Part shown: positions 60,401-64,000 of the stretch, piece by piece
Layout: every line of letters begins with the position of its first letter
Numbering within the stretch: position 1 is the stretch's first letter
Assembly (NCBI GenBank): GCA_963777505.1
Contig: CAVZQN010000003.1
Coordinates: forward strand, 224,001 to 288,000
Length of the DNA stretch: 64,000 nt
Reading direction: 5' to 3'
Source of the DNA: an uncultured bacterium
GTDB lineage: Bacteria > Acidobacteriota > HRBIN11 > JAKEFK01
The notes under the pieces: model-generated
What the model was told of the DNA's origin: nothing
Seen by the model: only the letters and a program-made list of their open reading frames with translations
The model's database searches: none
Position numbers and translations under genes: made by a program

Positions 60401-61105
60401 GCAATACTCGCACAAGGAATGGATAACGATAACAATTCCTTAGCTTCGAACCATGCGTCCGTAGTATCAAAAACTTTCGATGAAGGTTCCGTTAGTTTTA
60501 CTTTGGACATTTTAGTACCGGGGACATACGTAATTTGGGCCCGCGTTAAGGCTAGTAGTGCAAACGAAGATTCATTTTATGTTTCGGCAGATGGCGGTGC
60601 GGAAGATATTTTTGACTGCGCACAGGGAACCTGGTCGGAGTCATTCCAGTGGTCGCGTGTCAATGGGCGCAATGGGGGCGAACCGGAAACACTGAATCCA
60701 CGCACCTTCAATTTCACTGCCGGACTGCATACAGTGGTCTTCAGGGGACGAGAACCAAAAACGGAGTTAGATGTAATTCTTGTGACCAACGATTTGAACT
60801 TTGTTCCTTCAGCTTCAAGTTCAAATTCAATGTTGTACAAAATAAAGATTGGGAAGAAGAAAGTTACATCGACTTCTTTAAAAGTGAAATGGAGAACTGA
60901 AGTACCGGCGAATTCCCGGGTTGAGTATGGAACTACAACTCAGTATGGGTCATTTTCGCTTCTATACGATGCGATGGTAACAAAACGCAGCGTATTGTTA
61001 GAAAATTTACAACCCAACACAACGTACCACTATCGAGTCAGGTCGGTAGATGGTACCGGTAATCTGTGGATATCGTCCGATTTTACATTTACGACTCCAC
61101 CGTGA
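57455..61105 (+). CDS. Large secreted beta-helix protein with four Ig-like repeats and FN3-like domains
   Basis: GGAGG RBS and ATG 57455; signal peptide; FWVSPSG and PGD..L..GTY beta-helix start; tandem DTTPP.T.I repeats; YHYRVKSRD FN3. Confidence 0.85.
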   Translation: MELRREGKPFRWLFCLILLFLAGTLHAQQWVDNFTAVRTFWVSPSGSGSGTESNPMSITTAMNQALPGDLYWLTAGTYNGQKTLTRNGTSSNPIVWRGVAGGGAIINGSIYVSAAYNWIWGLEVKDPNNSGTTEGIALVQAGGHIINCIVHDIKGRVGIAAWTAGPDQVVYGNIVYKQISNSNNPHNIYTQNDFAAHGYKYIVNNMMLDSWDASGGAYNFHAYTEGGKISGFHIEKNIIRRGRFLIGGINLPADNEIVKGNYFWNGPINFGYNRPSQVQFQNNYVGRSDLWTYYFWGKGETQYPQTAASIFTGNEFHKPPSNHFDFRTSAFMPGQCNGCPEIRTGDSWNNNTYSSPFKASFHADNNNQGDVTYSEWQTFTASAGNAFDTSSTVTSSTPDRIAVIPNEYEPGRGHVAIFNWSLSSTVTVDLSSVLSNGANFQVLDPRNMGSPVLTGTYSGPVNISTGGQEFLALLVVTTSGGPPPDTIPPDTTITSSLCGTTVTTASVTVNWTGSDNVTPTGNLVYAYSLDGGAYSSYGSATSNIFNNLTNASHTVSVKAKDVAGNVDPTPAQCTFTVSVADTTPPETTITSSLCGTTVTTSSVTINWTGSDNVTPVGNLVYAYALDGGAYSSYGSATSNAFTNLTNASHTVTVRAKDQAGNVDPTPAQCTFTVNVADTTPPNTTITSSFCGTTVTTASVTVNWTGSDNVTPTGNLVYAYSLDGGAYSSYVSATSNTFNNLSNASHTVSVKAKDVAGNVDPTPAQCTFTVNVADTTPPNTTITSSFCGTTVTTASVTVNWTGSDNVTPTGNLVYAYSLDGGAYSSYVSATSNTFNNLSNASHTVSVKAKDVAGNVDPTPAQCSFTVNVADTTAPTISNIQATGIGITNATILWDTNEASDTQVEYGTSTCPCSQNSPLNANLTTAHSVVLSNLTASTLYHYRVKSRDAAGNLAFGIDKTFTTGTNPPPPPPPTGSSTCQEAEAAILAQGMDNDNNSLASNHASVVSKTFDEGSVSFTLDILVPGTYVIWARVKASSANEDSFYVSADGGAEDIFDCAQGTWSESFQWSRVNGRNGGEPETLNPRTFNFTAGLHTVVFRGREPKTELDVILVTNDLNFVPSASSSNSMLYKIKIGKKKVTSTSLKVKWRTEVPANSRVEYGTTTQYGSFSLLYDAMVTKRSVLLENLQPNTTYHYRVRSVDGTGNLWISSDFTFTTPP
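58907..60058 (+). repeat. Four intragenic 288-bp (96-aa) tandem repeats
   Basis: Units start at 58907, 59195, 59483 and 59771; units 3 and 4 are nearly identical in DNA. Confidence 0.95.
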
Positions 61106-61491
61106 AATTAACAGACAAGGGAGTAAGCAGGCAGCCGGAATGAATAAATCAAGGTTATGCTCTTGGGCTGAGAGATTGATTTTGTTGCAATTCTGGCAGT
61201 CTGCTCCTTTCTTTTCACAACTTTTTGTAGTTAAATCCAATTTAAGAAATGTTCTTGGAGGAAAGTAATGGTAACAAAAAAAGGTGGCAACACTAGACCA
61301 CTAGTTTTATCTCCGGTTTTACCCTCTTAAAAAACCGGCATCCACAGTTAGCCGGGAAAATTAGGTTCAGTCTTACGGCTCTAATCAGAGCCTAAAACTT
61401 TTAAATGCGGAATACTTGCTAACCAAGTTTCAAAACGAACGTTTTGAGAATTGAAGTATATCAAACGCAAAATCATGATTTTGGAGGATCA

Positions 61492-63552
61492 ATGTTCAAT
61501 AAAAAAGACAGAAGGCTAGGACTATCGCACTTCTGCGGAATGTTTCTACTATTGCTTCTTGCGGGCAGTCTGGAAGCTCAACCGTGGGTTCAATCTTTCA
61601 CTCCATTACGCACTTTTTATGTTTCACCTAGCGGGACAGGCACAGGCACTCAGAGTAATCCGATGGGTATTACAACAGCAATGAATCAGGCTAATCCTGG
61701 TGATCTTTATTGGTTAACGGCGGGAACATACAGTGGTCAGAAGACATTTAGCCGTAATGGAACATCTTCGAATCCGATCGTATGGAGAGGCGTTGCCGGT
61801 GGTGGAGCGATTATTAATGGAAGCATAATTGTTCCAGGATCGTATAACTGGATCTGGGGTCTTGAAGTAAAGGATCCAAACAAAGTTGGCACAACTGAAG
61901 GTATCGCGCTGACTGCTGCAGGCGGACACATTATCAATTGCATAGTGCATGACATTAAAGGTCGTGTTGGAATTGCTGCCTGGATGGCCGGTGCAGGTCA
62001 AGTTGTTTACGGAAATATTGTTTACAAACAAATTTCCACTTCTAACAATCCGCACAATCTTTACACTCAGAACGATTTTGCAGCACATGGTTACAAATAC
62101 ATTGTAGGAAACATGTTGCTCGATTCATGGGATGCAAGTGGAGGCGCGTATAACTTTCATGCGTACACAGAAGGTGGAAAGATAAGCGGGTTTCATGTAG
62201 AGAAAAATATTATTAAAAGGGGACGATTTCTAATCGGTGGAATTAATCTTCCTGCCGATAATGAAATTGTAAAAGCAAATTATTTTTGGAATGGCCCAAT
62301 TAATTTTGGATATAACAGACCTGCACAGGTTAAGTTTCAAGATAACTATGTAGGCCGGTCGAACCTCTGGACTTCATATTTCTGGGGTAAAGGTGAGACT
62401 CAATATCCGCAGACTGCACCAAGTCTTTACACCGGGAATGAATTCCATAAGCCAAGCGGAAATCATTTTGATTTTCGCACCTCAGCATTTATGCCGGGTC
62501 AATGCAATGGATGTCCGGAGATAAGATCTGGTGATAGTTGGAACAACAATTCATACTCATCGCCATTCTATGCAACTTTTCACGCTGATAACAATAATCA
62601 AGGGAATGTTTCGTTTGCCGAATGGAAGACGTTTACTTCTCAGGCTGGCGTTCCTTTTGATACTAGCTCAGCAGTAGTGACATCAAGTCCGAATAAAGTT
62701 GCCGTGATCAAAAATGAATATGAATCAGGCCGTGGTCATATTGCAATTTTTAACTGGGCTTTAAGCGCTACAGTTGTTGTAGATCTTTCATCGATTCTTA
62801 CCAGCGGAACAGCTTACAAAGTATTTGATCCCAAGAATATGGGGTCCCCAATTCTTACTGGAACTTACTCACTGCCGGTAGCCATTCCAACTGGCGGAGC
62901 AGAATTTCTTGCTTTACTTGTTCTTAAAACTGGAACGGCACCACCTCCTCCGCCGCCACCACCACCAACTGACACAATTGAACCGAATACAATGTTCACG
63001 ACCACAGGAATATGCGGTACTACAATTTCAACCAATTCGGTAACGCTGAGCTACACTGGAACAGACAATGTAACTCCAACTGCCAGTCTTGTTTACCGAA
63101 CCAAGGTTGATAGCGAGTTATGGTCATCGTATTCATCAGCAACTTCTAAAACCTTTTCCAATCTCTCGAATGGTGCGCATAAAATTCAGGTAAGAGCGAA
63201 GGACCTGGCAGGGAATCACGACGGCACTCCGCCGGCTTGTTGGGTTACGGTGAATACATCTTTGTCGGATGCAAATCCTCCTGTTATATCCAATGTCCGA
63301 ATCGCCGGTATTCAAGGCCAAAATGTAAAAATTGCCTGGGACACAAACGAAAATTCAAGTACACAAATTGAATACGGTACAAATGCTTGTCCCTGTTCAA
63401 ATCAAACCGCTGTAAATCCCGATTTAGTGCAAACACATCGCCGTCGAATCAAAAATCTTCAGCGCGGTACCACATATCATTACAGAGTTAAATCCCGGGA
63501 TTCGAACGGAAATCTTGCAGTGAGTAGTGATCGGACATTTACGACACCGTAG
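61492..63552 (+). CDS. Secreted beta-helix protein, tandem paralog of 57455-61105
   Basis: GGAGG RBS and ATG 61492; long identical peptide stretches with the upstream gene; one Ig-like repeat and one FN3. Confidence 0.87.
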   Translation: MFNKKDRRLGLSHFCGMFLLLLLAGSLEAQPWVQSFTPLRTFYVSPSGTGTGTQSNPMGITTAMNQANPGDLYWLTAGTYSGQKTFSRNGTSSNPIVWRGVAGGGAIINGSIIVPGSYNWIWGLEVKDPNKVGTTEGIALTAAGGHIINCIVHDIKGRVGIAAWMAGAGQVVYGNIVYKQISTSNNPHNLYTQNDFAAHGYKYIVGNMLLDSWDASGGAYNFHAYTEGGKISGFHVEKNIIKRGRFLIGGINLPADNEIVKANYFWNGPINFGYNRPAQVKFQDNYVGRSNLWTSYFWGKGETQYPQTAPSLYTGNEFHKPSGNHFDFRTSAFMPGQCNGCPEIRSGDSWNNNSYSSPFYATFHADNNNQGNVSFAEWKTFTSQAGVPFDTSSAVVTSSPNKVAVIKNEYESGRGHIAIFNWALSATVVVDLSSILTSGTAYKVFDPKNMGSPILTGTYSLPVAIPTGGAEFLALLVLKTGTAPPPPPPPPPTDTIEPNTMFTTTGICGTTISTNSVTLSYTGTDNVTPTASLVYRTKVDSELWSSYSSATSKTFSNLSNGAHKIQVRAKDLAGNHDGTPPACWVTVNTSLSDANPPVISNVRIAGIQGQNVKIAWDTNENSSTQIEYGTNACPCSNQTAVNPDLVQTHRRRIKNLQRGTTYHYRVKSRDSNGNLAVSSDRTFTTP

Positions 63553-63576
63553 AAGGATTAAACAGCAGTAATTGGT

Positions 63577-63607
63577 ATAGGCGGGTCTTAGACCCGCCTA
63601 TTTTTTT
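63577..63607 (+). terminator. REP-like palindrome acting as intrinsic terminator
   Basis: ATAGGCGGGTCT-T-AGACCCGCCTAT followed by a T-run. Confidence 0.75.
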
Positions 63608-63631
63608 AAGATCGTATTTTTGAAAACCGAA

Positions 63632-64000
63632 TCATGATGCCTTTTTTGCAACTGCAAAAAGGTGTGCGGTTCTTTTCGGTTGTTCGTCAAGACCGCGTGA
63701 CTCTATTTTGCTGATCAAATTACACAACATCGATTCCGCCGTTTGCAAAGGACGCCGGAGACTGAAACCGCGCAAACCCTTGTAACGGTATTTGCCTGTC
63801 TTAATTCCGTAAGTAACTTGAACATCCGAAAAATATTTGCTGAGCAGTTCGGTAAGCTGCTTGCGTGTATAGTGGCGGATATGGTCTGGATTGTAATGCG
63901 GAGGCTCGTTCTTTACATAATCTCCATTAGGAGTCGTTAGAAAAAGAAACCCACCGGATTTTAAAACACGATTTAACTGTTGGATGAATTGTTCATCATT
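63632..64000 (-). CDS. Class I SAM-dependent methyltransferase, C-terminal part (enters from right edge)
   Basis: Manual translation NDEQFIQQLNRVLKSGGFLFLTTPN..NPDHIRHYT..L..LL..YF; stop at 63632-63634. Confidence 0.8.
   Translation of the reverse strand, partial: NDEQFIQQLNRVLKSGGFLFLTTPNGDYVKNEPPHYNPDHIRHYTRKQLTELLSKYFSDVQVTYGIKTGKYRYKGLRGFSLRRPLQTAESMLCNLISKIESRGLDEQPKRTAHLFAVAKKAS

Noticed and set aside
157-63940. Many short overlapping or antisense ORFs in the track (e.g. 157-372, 1288-1614, 11223-11450, 28665-29102, 63743-63940)
   Set aside because: They lie within or opposite well-supported genes or repeats and show no recognisable motifs.

Overview
A gene-dense, moderately AT-rich bacterial window from a diderm organism. 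An Oar-type TonB-dependent receptor, an ECF sigma/Ser-Thr kinase pair, many TPR and exported proteins and ACCACGGAT/CTCTGCG-type intergenic repeats suggest an Acidobacteriota-like lineage, which is inference only. I recognised no rRNA, tRNA, CRISPR array, transposase or prophage gene. The window holds signalling genes, a MacAB-type exporter operon, malQ, a marR-arsM-arsN2 arsenic module and large secreted repeat proteins. At least five genes are broken by apparent single-base insertions, most likely assembly errors. The top observation is that the TlpA thioredoxin ORF (28259) and the next beta-barrel-like ORF are in one frame, separated only by TGA-CCG-CTT-TGA plus five sense codons and a SECIS-like hairpin. 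This predicts a 386-aa exported thioredoxin / His-Glu linker / UxxU double-selenocysteine / outer-membrane barrel fusion. Second, an Omp85 barrel, a secreted atypical kinase and a secreted phosphoesterase lie near an ATP/ADP translocase-HEAT-cNMP gene, suggesting extracytoplasmic phosphorylation. Other items are a triple LytTR box ahead of a 52-aa ORF, a tandem LytS protein with a pseudo-kinase half, a duplicated MarR operator, a sigma54 promoter and a candidate structured RNA.
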